From the NCBI GenBank assembly GCA_031459875.1, contig JAVKHQ010000032.1, positions 1-29,960 on the forward strand: a DNA stretch of 29,960 nt. The letters are read 5' to 3'. Within the stretch, counting starts at the first letter, position 1; each line of letters begins with the position of its first letter. The DNA comes from Candidatus Fervidifonticultor sextus (GTDB lineage: Bacteria; Sysuimicrobiota; Sysuimicrobiia; Sysuimicrobiales; Humicultoraceae). Positions 18,610 to 27,969 of the stretch are shown piece after piece. The position numbers were made by a program, and so were the translations under genes. Below the pieces are notes generated by a model that did no database searches, had not been told where the DNA came from, and saw nothing but the letters and a program-made list of their open reading frames with translations.

Positions 18610-19212
18610 TCAGGCGCTCATGGCGTCCAGATCGCCGGGCAGATCCACGTCGGCGGCCATGGGCTCGGGGATCGCGATGGCCACGCCCTCCTGGGGGTGC
18701 GCCTCGATCACGCTGCGCGCCCCGCGGTCGCCCTCGAGCGTCAGCAACTCCAAGAACAGGGCACGGTCGAAGTAGACGGGGGGCCCCACCGTCCCGTGGT
18801 AGGCGGAGGCGACAATCCGGCGCCGCTCGGTGACCGCGGTCTCGATGAGGCGGTCGATCACCTCGGCACCAACCAGCGGCTGGTCGGCCAGCAGGATGAC
18901 GACGCCGGTGGCCTCGGGCGAGACGGCTTCGACGCCGGTGCGGATCGAGGACCCCATGCCCTCCGCGGGATCAGGGTTCACCACGAGGCGCACGTCGAGC
19001 CCGTCCAGCAGCGGCCGGTAGACGTCCGCGTGCGCGCCGAGCACGACGATGACTTCGCGGCAGCGTGAGCCCAGCGCGGCCTGGGCGGCGCGGCGAATCA
19101 TCGGCGTGCCCCGGACCGGGATCGCCAGCTTCGGCCGGCCCATGCGGACGCTGGCGCCCGCGGCCAGCACGACCGCCGCGACGAAGGGTTGTGGCGGTGG
19201 TGCCTCGGTCAT
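18610..19212 (-). CDS. mocA: Molybdenum cofactor cytidylyltransferase
   Basis: VLAAGASVRMGRPK, GMGSSI, LADQP, GDRGAR, DVD; located in the cox cluster. Confidence 0.85.
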   Translation of the reverse strand: MTEAPPPQPFVAAVVLAAGASVRMGRPKLAIPVRGTPMIRRAAQAALGSRCREVIVVLGAHADVYRPLLDGLDVRLVVNPDPAEGMGSSIRTGVEAVSPEATGVVILLADQPLVGAEVIDRLIETAVTERRRIVASAYHGTVGPPVYFDRALFLELLTLEGDRGARSVIEAHPQEGVAIAIPEPMAADVDLPGDLDAMSA

Positions 19213-20351
19213 GCCCGGCGCAGCGCCGGGGCATCCTGGGACGGCATGTGGATGGGACCGCGGCGGGTGCGCAGGAAGCCGCCCTCACGACCGCGGGCGA
19301 CCGCCAGGATCTCCGCCAGCGCCGCCAGCGCGATCTCGTCGGGCGTCTCGCTGCCGATGTCCAGCCCCACCGGCCCGAAGATCTGCGCGCGCCGCTGCTC
19401 GTCGATCTCGAGGCCCTCGGCCTCCAGTTCCCGCAGGATCTTCTCGGTGCGTGCCCGCGGGCCGAGCACGCCGAGGTAGGCGGCCGGCGTGGGCAGGAAG
19501 GCGCGCAACAGGTCGCGGTCGTGCAGGTAGTTGTGGGTCATGATCAGCACGTAGGTGTGCCGGTCGGTGGGGACGGCGCGGCCGGCGTCGGGGAAGTCGG
19601 TCCTGACGAACCCGCTGGCGCCGGGAAACCGCTCCGGCGTCAGGAACGCCTCGCGCCGGTCCACGACCAGCACGCGCCAGCCGAGCTGCGCGGCGAAGCG
19701 GACGACCGGGATGGCATCGTGTCCCGCCCCGCAGACGACCAGCCGCTGAGGCGGGTGCAGGATCTCCACGAACAGGCGCAGCGGGCCGGCGGCGGTCTCG
19801 ATCCGATGGGTCTGCGAGCGGAGGTCGCGCATCGCCTGCTGCGCAAGCCGGCCCGCGGCCGCCTCAAGGGCGGCCTCCCCGAAGCGCCCGGCCACGCGGC
19901 CGTCGGGCCAGATGGCCAAGCGCCGGCCCGCTGGAACCTCGGGCGTGCCCTCGATGACGGTGGCCACCGCCACTGCGGCCTCATCGTCCAGTGCGGCGCG
20001 CGCGGCCTGCCACAGCGGGTCGTCGGGGGTGGTGGGTTCGACGAACACCTCGATGGCGCCGTTGCAGCCCAGGCCCAGGCCCCAGACTGCGTCGTCATCG
20101 GCCGTGAGGTCGTAGGTCGTCAGGCGGGGCGTGCCCTGCGCCAGCACCTCGGCGGCCACCACGGCCACATCGCCTTCCAGGCAGCCGCCGCTGATGTTCC
20201 CGGTCTGCCGGCCGGACTGCGTAATCAACAGCCTGGCCCCCTCGCGCCGGTAGGTGGATCCCCGGACGCCGACGATGGTGGCCAGGGCCACCCGCTCCCC
20301 GGCGGCGGAGGCCCAGGCCAGGGCGTCAAGGATGTCAGCCAGTTCCTTCAC
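19209..20351 (-). CDS. XdhC/CoxI-family Moco maturation protein
   Basis: GSTYRREGA, GNISGGCLEGD, GLGCNG, CGAGHD, GLDIGSETPDEIA. Confidence 0.92.
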   Translation of the reverse strand: MKELADILDALAWASAAGERVALATIVGVRGSTYRREGARLLITQSGRQTGNISGGCLEGDVAVVAAEVLAQGTPRLTTYDLTADDDAVWGLGLGCNGAIEVFVEPTTPDDPLWQAARAALDDEAAVAVATVIEGTPEVPAGRRLAIWPDGRVAGRFGEAALEAAAGRLAQQAMRDLRSQTHRIETAAGPLRLFVEILHPPQRLVVCGAGHDAIPVVRFAAQLGWRVLVVDRREAFLTPERFPGASGFVRTDFPDAGRAVPTDRHTYVLIMTHNYLHDRDLLRAFLPTPAAYLGVLGPRARTEKILRELEAEGLEIDEQRRAQIFGPVGLDIGSETPDEIALAALAEILAVARGREGGFLRTRRGPIHMPSQDAPALRRA

Positions 20352-20381
20352 GGCCCGCGCATCTCCCCTGCCAGACGGCTC

Positions 20382-21581
20382 CTACCTCCGCGCCAGATAG
20401 CGCTCCAGCTGCCGCAGGCTCTCCAGGTTGTGGGCGGGGGCGAAGATGTCCACAAAGGGGAGCGCCACCCGCATGCCCTGGCAGATCGGCTCGTAGCCCG
20501 GGCTGGCCAGCAGCGGGTTCAACCAGATCACCCGTGCGGCCCGCCGCCGCACCTCGGCCATGGCGGCCTCCAGCAGGTCGATCTCGCCGGTGTCCCAGCC
20601 GTCGCTGATGATGATCACCACGGTGCGCCCGTCGAGGACCTTCCCTCCGTACTCGTCCAGGAATCGTCGCAGGCTCCGCCCGATCTTGGTCCCACCCGAC
20701 CAGTCCGGGACGCGACGCGCGACGTCGTCGAGCGCCGCATGGATGTCGTCGCGGGCCAGCGACCCGGTGATGCGGCTCAGGCCGGTACTGAAGACAAACG
20801 TCTCGACCCGGCCGATGGCGTGCTGGAGCGCGTAGATGAACTGGATCAGGAAGCGGCTGTAGAGGTCCATCGAGCCGCTCACGTCGCAGAGCAGGACGAC
20901 GCGCGTCTTGGTCAGTTTGCGCTCACGGCGCAAAATCTCCATGACCTCACCGCCGCGGCGCAGGCTCGCCCGCATGGTACGGCGGAGGTCGACCAGGTGG
21001 CCGCGCCGGGCGGTGCGGGTGCGGCGCGACAGGCGGGTCGCCACCCGGCGCGCGATGGCACACACCACCGCCGTGATCTCCTCCAGTTCGTCGGCCGAAA
21101 ACATGCTGAAATCCTTGCGCGTCACCACCTCGACGGGGCTGTAGGCCGGCACCTCCTCCCCGCCTTCGGCATCGGCGTCCTCCTGCTGCCACTCGAGCAA
21201 CACGCGCTCCAGGGCGTGCTGGCCATCAAGTGAGAGGTCGGCGGCGTCCGGCCCGCCGGACGGCCGGCGCTGCTCGTCCGCCGCGCCCCAGAACTCCCAG
21301 AAGACCGCATCGAAAATGCGCTGGGCCTCGGGGCCGCTGGCCAGCACCGCGCGCAGGGCCAGGTAGGCCTCGCGGCGATCTGAGAGATCGACGACCCGCA
21401 GCGCCCGCAGCGCGTCGGCCGCCTCCTGGGCGCCCACCTGCAGGCCGCGCCGGCGCAACAGCCGGCAGAACCCCACCACGTTGGCGACCAGGTCGCCGTG
21501 GCGCGGCCGGCCGAGCCCCCGGCCCTCTACCGCCGCGCCTGCAGGCGCTCCGCGATCTGTGCGACGAGCTGCTGGCTCCAT
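20382..21581 (-). CDS. coxE: VWA-domain CoxE-like protein
   Basis: MIDAS DVSGSM, WSGGT.IG, ISDGWDTG, WLNPL. Start uncertain; ATG 21581 overlaps the coxD 3' end. Confidence 0.88.
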   Translation of the reverse strand: MEPAARRTDRGAPAGAAVEGRGLGRPRHGDLVANVVGFCRLLRRRGLQVGAQEAADALRALRVVDLSDRREAYLALRAVLASGPEAQRIFDAVFWEFWGAADEQRRPSGGPDAADLSLDGQHALERVLLEWQQEDADAEGGEEVPAYSPVEVVTRKDFSMFSADELEEITAVVCAIARRVATRLSRRTRTARRGHLVDLRRTMRASLRRGGEVMEILRRERKLTKTRVVLLCDVSGSMDLYSRFLIQFIYALQHAIGRVETFVFSTGLSRITGSLARDDIHAALDDVARRVPDWSGGTKIGRSLRRFLDEYGGKVLDGRTVVIIISDGWDTGEIDLLEAAMAEVRRRAARVIWLNPLLASPGYEPICQGMRVALPFVDIFAPAHNLESLRQLERYLARR

Positions 21582-22477
21582 GGCCGCCCTTCCCGCTCCA
21601 GCATGCCGAGGCCGTCCAGGATCTGATCCAGCCACTTGGCCCGCACCGCCGCCGCATCGTCCTGGTGCTTGAACAGCACGCCCAGCGTCTCCTCGACCGC
21701 CTCGCGGTCCAGATGATCCCGGTGCAGGGCGATCAGGGCCGCGCTCCAGTCCAGGGTCTCGGCCACACCTGGCGTCTTCTCCAGCCGCAGCCGCCGGATC
21801 ATCTGCATGACGGCACCGATCTGCTCGGCCAGGTGTCCGTTGACGTCCGGGACCTTGCGCCGGACGATCTCGAGTTCCTTCTCGAAGGAGGGGTAGTCGA
21901 TCCACAGATACAGGCAGCGGCGCCGGAGGGCATCCCCCAGTTCCCTGGTGCGGTTACTGGTGAGGACCACGTAGGGAGTCGACGTGGCCGCAATCGTCCC
22001 GATCTCGGGGATGGACACCTGAAAGTCCGACAACACCTCCAGCAGGAACGCCTCAAACTCCTCGTCGGCCCGGTCGATCTCGTCCACCAGCAGGACCGGT
22101 GCCCGATCCCGCGTGATGGCATCCAGCAGCGGGCGCTTGAGCAAGAAGGGCTCGCTGAAGATCTCGGCTTCCCGCTCGGCGACCGGCCGGTCGCTGCCCT
22201 CCGACAGCCGGATGTGGAGGAGTTGCTTCTGGTAGTTCCACTCGTACAGCGCGGTGGTGGCGTCCAGCCCTTCGTAGCACTGCAGCCGGATCAGGTCGGT
22301 CTCCAGCGCCCGGGCCATCACCTTGGCCACCTCGGTCTTGCCGACGCCCGCGGCACCCTCGATCAACAGCGGCTTGCGCAGCGCGATGGAGAGGTAGACG
22401 GCCGTCGCAATCGTCCGGTCGGCGATGTAGCCCTGCGCGGCCAGGAGGTCCTGGATACGGCGAATCTCCGGATGCAT
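21527..22477 (-). CDS. coxD: MoxR-type AAA+ ATPase CoxD
   Basis: GAAGVGKT, RLQCYEGLD, LLVDEID, DALRRRC, PGVAETLDW. Confidence 0.92.
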   Translation of the reverse strand: MHPEIRRIQDLLAAQGYIADRTIATAVYLSIALRKPLLIEGAAGVGKTEVAKVMARALETDLIRLQCYEGLDATTALYEWNYQKQLLHIRLSEGSDRPVAEREAEIFSEPFLLKRPLLDAITRDRAPVLLVDEIDRADEEFEAFLLEVLSDFQVSIPEIGTIAATSTPYVVLTSNRTRELGDALRRRCLYLWIDYPSFEKELEIVRRKVPDVNGHLAEQIGAVMQMIRRLRLEKTPGVAETLDWSAALIALHRDHLDREAVEETLGVLFKHQDDAAAVRAKWLDQILDGLGMLEREGRPWSQQLVAQIAERLQARR

Positions 22478-22543
22478 CCCTCACTCCACTGGACCCGTCG
22501 AAGCGCGAAGGGATGGCGGCGCCATCCCCTCGTGCCCACTCTC

Positions 22544-22572
22544 ATCTTACCCCATGCCCGCGGGCCGGCCAA
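22544..22572 (-). promoter_or_regulatory. Internal promoter for coxD-coxE-xdhC-mocA
   Basis: TTGGCC-N17-TAAGAT, followed by a 12-bp 5'-UTR stem-loop at 22506-22532. Confidence 0.55.
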
Positions 22573-22612
22573 GTCCGATCACCCACGACCCCGCTGGGCC
22601 AGAGGCCGCGGC

Positions 22613-22795
22613 TCACCCCTCCGGTGGAGCCTTCAGGCACGCGAACAGCCCGCCATTGAACTTGCCCTCCTCCAGCACCTCGAGCCGCTGCACATCGGGC
22701 AGGCATCGGGCCACGGCCTGGGGGTCTGTCAGGAACGCCCAGACCCTGTCTCGGGGAGCGTGGATCGCCAGGCTTCCCTGGAAGCGCAGGGCCAC
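22613..22795 (-). pseudogene. coxG: CoxG (SRPBCC) remnant with an apparent in-frame internal deletion (60 aa)
   Basis: CoxG N-terminus (APRDRVWAFLTDP..VARCLP) joined directly to a C-terminal-helix-like tail GLFACLKAPPEG; the full-length paralog in this window is 147 aa. Confidence 0.7.
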
Positions 22796-22796
22796 G

Positions 22797-23768
22797 CTAC
22801 GGCCCCGCCGTCACATAGCGCGCCGGCTCCCGCTCAAAGGTGTGCCGGCAATGGTCGCTGCAGAAGTAGAACCTGACGCCCTCGTGCTCGACGGTATGTC
22901 TCGCCTTCGCGATCACCACGGCCATCCCGCAGATCGGATCGGTGGCCACGGCTTCCCGAAAGACTTCCGTGGCGGGCCGCGTTCGGGACCGGCGGACCTG
23001 GATGATCTCGGCCATGATGCTCACGGCGATCTCTTCGGGGGTGACGGCGCCGATGTCCAGCCCCGCCGGCACCTTGACCCGGTGGACGCCTTCGGCCCGC
23101 CCCCCGCGGCCCCTCAGGTGTGCAAACACCGCCTCCGCGCGCTTCCGGCTGGCGACTAGGCCGATATAGGCAGCCTCGGTGTCCACCAGGGCCTCCAGCG
23201 CCCGCTCATCGTCGGTGCCCATGGTCGCGACGACCGCGTACGTGTCCAGCGTGACCGCACTCCGGAGCCGCTCCAGCGGCAGCCGCTGGTCGGCCTCCAG
23301 ATCGGGCGTCGGCTCCCGGCGCGTGGCCTCCTGGCCGGTCTCGGCCGTTACCACCGCAAACCCCGCCAGACGTCCCAGATGGGCCAGGGATCGGACCAGC
23401 GGGGTCTCGCCGACGAGCAGCAGCCGGGGCCGGGGCAACACGGGCTCAATGTAGATCTCCAGGCTGCCGCCGCTGTGGCAGGTCATCGTGTGGTGGATCA
23501 CGCCTTCCTGTCCGGTGAGGTCGGTGGCGCCCGGGGTCAGGCGGATCAACCGGGGGGCGCCCTCGCGAAGCAGCCGGAGGCCCTCGGTGACGACGATGGG
23601 GTGGGCGCAACTGCCTCCCACCCACCCCTCCAGTGTCCCGTCGGCCCGGACGATGGCCTTCATGCCCGGCCGCGCCGACGCCGGCCGCTCCACCCGCACC
23701 ACGGTAACCAGGGCGAACGGCTCCCCCCTCGCCTGCAACTCCTGTGCCCGCGCCAGCAGGTCGTCCAC
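22797..23768 (-). CDS. XdhC/CoxF-family protein with C-terminal YHS (TRASH) domain
   Basis: GWVGGSC, CHSGG, GLDIGAVTPEEIAVSI; tail DPICGM...FYFCSDHC. Confidence 0.9.
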   Translation of the reverse strand: MDDLLARAQELQARGEPFALVTVVRVERPASARPGMKAIVRADGTLEGWVGGSCAHPIVVTEGLRLLREGAPRLIRLTPGATDLTGQEGVIHHTMTCHSGGSLEIYIEPVLPRPRLLLVGETPLVRSLAHLGRLAGFAVVTAETGQEATRREPTPDLEADQRLPLERLRSAVTLDTYAVVATMGTDDERALEALVDTEAAYIGLVASRKRAEAVFAHLRGRGGRAEGVHRVKVPAGLDIGAVTPEEIAVSIMAEIIQVRRSRTRPATEVFREAVATDPICGMAVVIAKARHTVEHEGVRFYFCSDHCRHTFEREPARYVTAGP

Positions 23769-23778
23769 CGGGACCGCC

Positions 23779-26130
23779 TTATTCCGTCACGCCGCGCTCA
23801 CGCAGCACCTTCCACACCTTCCAGGGCGTGATGGGGATGTCGAGGTGCCGCACCCCCAGGTGCCAGAGGGCATCGATGACCGCGTTGGCGATGGCGGCCG
23901 GCGCGCCCACCGTGGCCGACTCCCCGACGCCCTTCGCCCCCAGAGGGTGATGGGGGGACGGCGTCGTCGTCTTGTCGGTCTCCCAGCGCGGCGTCTCCAC
24001 CGCCGTGGGCAACAGGTAGTCCATGAAACTGCCGCCCCGGATGTTGCCGTCCTCGTCGTAGGTGATCTCTTCGTAGAGGGCCGGGGCCAGCCCCATGGTG
24101 AGCCCGCCGTGGATCTGCCCTTCGACGATCATCGGGTTGATGATGTTGCCGCAGTCGTCCACGGCGACGAACCGCCGGATCTTCACCTCGCCGGTGCCCT
24201 TGTCGATGTCCACCACGCAGATGTAGCTACCGAAGGGGAAGGTCATGTTCGGCGGGTCGTAGTAGGCGACCGCCTCGAGCCCGGCCTCCAGGCCCGGCGG
24301 GTGGTTGGTATAGGCGGCGAAGGCGATCTCCTGGATGGTCTTGGCTCGGTCCGGCGACCCCTTCACGTAGAACTTCCCCCGTTCCCAGGCCAGGTCGTCC
24401 TCATGGGCTTCCAGCAGGTGCGCCGCGATCTTTTTGGCCTTGTCCCGGATCTTCCGGGCCGCCATGGCGCCGGCGGCGCCGGCGGTGGGCGTGCTGCGGC
24501 TGGCGTAGGTGCCCAGCCCGTAGGGCGCGGTGTCGGTGTCGCCTTCCTCCACGACGATGTCGTCCTCAGGGATGCCGAGTTCGTGGGCGATGATCTGGGC
24601 GTAGGTCGTCTCGTGGCCCTGGCCCTGGGACTTGGTGCCGAACCGCGCGACGACCTTGCCGGTGGGGTGGATGCGGATCTCGGCGCTGTCGAACATCTTG
24701 AGCCCCAGGATGTCGAAGGTGTGCGAGGGGCCCGCCCCCACGATCTCCGTGAAGCTGGAGATGCCGATCCCCATGAGTTCCCCGCGCGCGCGCTTCTCCG
24801 CCTGCTCCCGGCGGAGATCAGCATACCCGATCTTCTCCATGGCCTTCCGGAGTGCCGCGTGGTAGTTGCCGCTGTCGTAGGTCCACCCCAGCGGCGACCG
24901 GTACGGGAACGCCTCGGCGCGGATGAAGTTCTTCAGGCGGAACTCTGCCGGGTCCATCCCGAGTTCGTGCGCCATGATGTCCGCCATCCGCTCGATCATG
25001 TACGACGCCTCGGTGACCCGGAACGAACAGCGGTAGGCGATGCCCCCCGGCGGCTTGTTGGTGTAGACCCCGTCCACCTCGGCGAAGGCGGCCTTGAAGT
25101 CGTAGGACCCGGTACAGATGGAGAACAGGCCGGCCGGGAACTTGGAGGGGTTCGCCGCGGCGTCGAACGCCCCGTGGTCGGCGATGGTCTTCACGCGGAG
25201 GGCGGTCAGCGTGCCGTCCCGCTGGGCCGCCAGTTCGGCGGTGATGTGGTAATCGCGGGCGAAGGAGTCCGCCTGGATGTTCTCCATGCGGTCCTCGATC
25301 CACTTCACCGGCTTGCCGGTCAGCACCGAGGCCGCCACGGCCAGGACGTAGCCGGGGTAGACCGGGACCTTGCCGCCGAAGCCGCCGCCGATGTCCGGGG
25401 CGACCACCCGGATCTTGTGCTCGGCCAGGCCCAGGTGGCCGGCTACGAGCGCGACGACGGTGCGGATGGCGTGGGGGGCCTGGGTGGTCATCCACAGGGT
25501 GAGTTTCCCCTCCACGGGGTCCCACCGGGCGACGCACCCGCACGTCTCGATGGACGAGACGTGGATGCGCGGGATGTAGAGGTCCTGCTTGACTGTGACC
25601 GCGGCCTCCTGGAAGGCCCGGTCTGTCGCGGCGCGGTCGCCGACCTCCCAGTGCCAGATGTGGTTGGTCTTCTGCTCCCGATCCTGCCGCAGGATGGGGG
25701 CGTCGGGTTCCAGCGCCTTCCTGGGATCGACGACCACCGGCAGCGGCTCGTACTCCACCTCCACCGCCGCGACGCCATCGGCGGCGATGTACCGGTCCGT
25801 AGCCAGCACGGCGGCGACCTCCTGCGACTGGTAGAGCACCGTGTCGATCGGGAGCACCATCTGGCGGTCGGACATCAGCGTCGGCATCCAGGCCAGGCCG
25901 TACTTGTCCAGATCCCTGCCGGTGATCACCGCCAGCACGCCGGGGATGGCCAGGGCGCCCTCGGCGTGGATCGCCTTGATCCTGGCGTGCGCGTAGGGGC
26001 TGCGCACGATGTCCAGGTAGAGCATGCCCGGCAGCTTGATGTCGTCGATGTACGTGCCCTTGCCGCGAAGGAACCGCGCGTCCTCCTTGCGCTTGACCGC
26101 GTGTCCCATGCCGTGTGCCTGCGTGGCCAT
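23779..26130 (-). CDS. coxL: Aerobic CO dehydrogenase large subunit, form I
   Basis: Active-site motif AYRCSFR (25018-25038), GGGFGGK, QGQGHETT, GAKGVGES. ATG 26130 follows GGAGGTGA. Confidence 0.96.
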   Translation of the reverse strand: MATQAHGMGHAVKRKEDARFLRGKGTYIDDIKLPGMLYLDIVRSPYAHARIKAIHAEGALAIPGVLAVITGRDLDKYGLAWMPTLMSDRQMVLPIDTVLYQSQEVAAVLATDRYIAADGVAAVEVEYEPLPVVVDPRKALEPDAPILRQDREQKTNHIWHWEVGDRAATDRAFQEAAVTVKQDLYIPRIHVSSIETCGCVARWDPVEGKLTLWMTTQAPHAIRTVVALVAGHLGLAEHKIRVVAPDIGGGFGGKVPVYPGYVLAVAASVLTGKPVKWIEDRMENIQADSFARDYHITAELAAQRDGTLTALRVKTIADHGAFDAAANPSKFPAGLFSICTGSYDFKAAFAEVDGVYTNKPPGGIAYRCSFRVTEASYMIERMADIMAHELGMDPAEFRLKNFIRAEAFPYRSPLGWTYDSGNYHAALRKAMEKIGYADLRREQAEKRARGELMGIGISSFTEIVGAGPSHTFDILGLKMFDSAEIRIHPTGKVVARFGTKSQGQGHETTYAQIIAHELGIPEDDIVVEEGDTDTAPYGLGTYASRSTPTAGAAGAMAARKIRDKAKKIAAHLLEAHEDDLAWERGKFYVKGSPDRAKTIQEIAFAAYTNHPPGLEAGLEAVAYYDPPNMTFPFGSYICVVDIDKGTGEVKIRRFVAVDDCGNIINPMIVEGQIHGGLTMGLAPALYEEITYDEDGNIRGGSFMDYLLPTAVETPRWETDKTTTPSPHHPLGAKGVGESATVGAPAAIANAVIDALWHLGVRHLDIPITPWKVWKVLRERGVTE

Positions 26131-26135
26131 GGCGA

Positions 26136-26642
26136 TCACCTCCCCGCCCCGGCGGGTGCCGGCGCGCTGCGCAGCTTCTCGGCGGCGTCCTTGATCGCCT
26201 CGACGATGTTCACGTATCCGGTACACCGGCAGAGATTGCCCGAGATCGCCCAGCGAATCTCCGCCTCGGTCGGGTTGGGGTTCCGCTGGAGGAGGGCGTA
26301 GCCGGTCATCATCATCCCCGGCGTGCAGAACCCGCACTGGAGGCCATGCTTCTCATGGAACCCTTCCTGGATCGGATGGAGCTGGCCGTCTGTGGCCAGA
26401 CCCTCCACGGTCATGAGGTCCCGCCCGTCGGCCTGGACGGCAAAGATCGTACAGGACTTCACCGGCCGGCCGTCCATGAGCACGGTGCAGGCCCCGCAGT
26501 TGGTCGTGTCGCACCCGATGTGGGTGCCCGTGAGCCCCAGCACCTCCCGGAGGAAGTGGACGAGCAGCAGCCGCGGTTCCACCTCGGCCTGGTGGGCCGT
26601 GCCGTTGACGGTCACCGAGATCCGGCTGACCACCTCACTCAC
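26136..26642 (-). CDS. coxS: CO dehydrogenase small (2Fe-2S) subunit
   Basis: [27 protein letters not shown]. Confidence 0.95.
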   Translation of the reverse strand: MSEVVSRISVTVNGTAHQAEVEPRLLLVHFLREVLGLTGTHIGCDTTNCGACTVLMDGRPVKSCTIFAVQADGRDLMTVEGLATDGQLHPIQEGFHEKHGLQCGFCTPGMMMTGYALLQRNPNPTEAEIRWAISGNLCRCTGYVNIVEAIKDAAEKLRSAPAPAGAGR

Positions 26643-27807
26643 CCCCCGTGGCCCGCTCCAGGGCCCGCCTCAGCGCCCGAGCGGTCAGCACCCTCACGAC
26701 GTCGCGTTTGTACTCCGCCGGCCCACGCAGGTCGGAGGCCGGGTCGGACTCCTCGGCGGCCGCCTGTGCCGCCTGCGCGATCGCGGCCTCGTCGGGCGGC
26801 TGCCCGCGCAGGACCTGCTCCGCGCGCCGGGCGCGTAAGGAGGTGGCTCCCACGTTGCAGAGGCCGATCCCCACCTGGTCGCACCTGCCCCGGGCGTCCA
26901 GGAGGAGGGAGACCCCGACGGCGGCGATGGCGAAGTCGCCCACCTTGCGCTCCAACTTGAGGTAGGCCCCGCCGCTGCGAGCCGGCGGGCGCATCACCCG
27001 AATCTCGGTCAGGAGCTCGTCGGGTTCGAGGGCGGTCGCAAACGTGCCGACCAGGAAGTCGTCGATCCCCATGGTGCGCGTCCCGCGGGGGCCGGCGAGC
27101 ACCACCGTCGCCCGCGAGGCCAGCATTGCCGCCCCCCAGTCTCCGGCCGGGTCGGCATGGGCCAGCGACCCGCCGATGGTGCCCATGTTGCGGACCAGCG
27201 GGTCGGCGATGACCCGGGCAGTGTCGGCCAGGAGCGGGTAGTGGGCCCGGATGAGATCGGAGGCTTCGAGGTCGGCGTGCCTGGTCAGCGCCCCGATGCG
27301 CAGGGTGCCATCCACCTCCCTGATGTAGGCGAGGTCCGGGATGCGGTTCAGGTCGATCAGGTAGCGGGGGGCGGCCAGGCGGAGCTTCATCAGCGGGATC
27401 AGGCTGTGCCCGCCGGCCAGCGGCTTCGCCTCGGTCCCATAGAGCTGAAGGAGGCCGACCGCTTCCGCGACGGTCCTTGGCGCGAAATAGTCGAACCGGT
27501 CCGGTATCATCCCACCCCACCCCCTGTGCCGCAGTCGCCGTGGCGCGATCCTCACGCCGGAGGCCAGATGGGGCCGCGCGCGGTCTGCCGCGCGGCCCAA
27601 CTCGAATACCGCCTTTCCCAGCCCGTATCGCCTGGACCGAGGAGAATACTCGACGAAGCCGAATCGCTCCAGGGTCTTGAGGATGGCGAAGCAGGTGCTC
27701 TTGTTCAGGGCGAGCGCCCGGTAGATCTGGGCGAGGGTGGCTCCCCGGCTGCCCCGGCGCTCCAGGTACCGGAGGATCCTCACCGTCCTGGCCACAGCAG
27801 GTACCAC
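26635..27807 (-). CDS. coxM: CO dehydrogenase medium (FAD) subunit with an in-frame N-terminal IclR-type HTH
   Basis: CoxM begins at ATG 27510 ([31 protein letters not shown]). The upstream 99 codons are in frame with no stop and read as an IclR HTH. Confidence 0.9.
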   Translation of the reverse strand: MVPAVARTVRILRYLERRGSRGATLAQIYRALALNKSTCFAILKTLERFGFVEYSPRSRRYGLGKAVFELGRAADRARPHLASGVRIAPRRLRHRGWGGMIPDRFDYFAPRTVAEAVGLLQLYGTEAKPLAGGHSLIPLMKLRLAAPRYLIDLNRIPDLAYIREVDGTLRIGALTRHADLEASDLIRAHYPLLADTARVIADPLVRNMGTIGGSLAHADPAGDWGAAMLASRATVVLAGPRGTRTMGIDDFLVGTFATALEPDELLTEIRVMRPPARSGGAYLKLERKVGDFAIAAVGVSLLLDARGRCDQVGIGLCNVGATSLRARRAEQVLRGQPPDEAAIAQAAQAAAEESDPASDLRGPAEYKRDVVRVLTARALRRALERATGGE

Positions 27808-27892
27808 TGACGCCCCCCCGCGTCGGAGTCACCTGCAGACCCAGCAAAGTCAATCGTTCTGTGGAGAGAACAGTCGGGGCCGGGTTGGGACC

Positions 27893-27921
27893 ATAATCTG
27901 CCACGGATGGCAGATTGTCAA
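27893..27921 (-). promoter_or_regulatory. cox operon promoter with overlapping operator palindrome
   Basis: TTGACA-N17-GATTAT; inverted repeat AATCTGCCA-N4-TGGCAGATT (27895-27916) fills the spacer. Confidence 0.75.
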
Positions 27922-27969
27922 TCCCCAAAACACAGCGCTGCCAGGGAGGATCGGCCCGAGGCCGGTTCC

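Noticed and set aside
22478..22612. Possible Moco riboswitch before coxD
   Set aside because: The leader is too short and shows only one hairpin; no recognisable Moco RNA motif.
23488..26301. 937-aa plus-strand ORF and similar long antisense ORFs (19065-21233, 14357-16600, 1767-3113, 8-931)
   Set aside because: High-GC shadow frames overlapping well-supported genes, with no recognisable motifs.
26639..27928. 429-aa alternative-frame ORF over coxM
   Set aside because: Starts within the promoter, is Arg/Gly/Pro-rich and has no motif.
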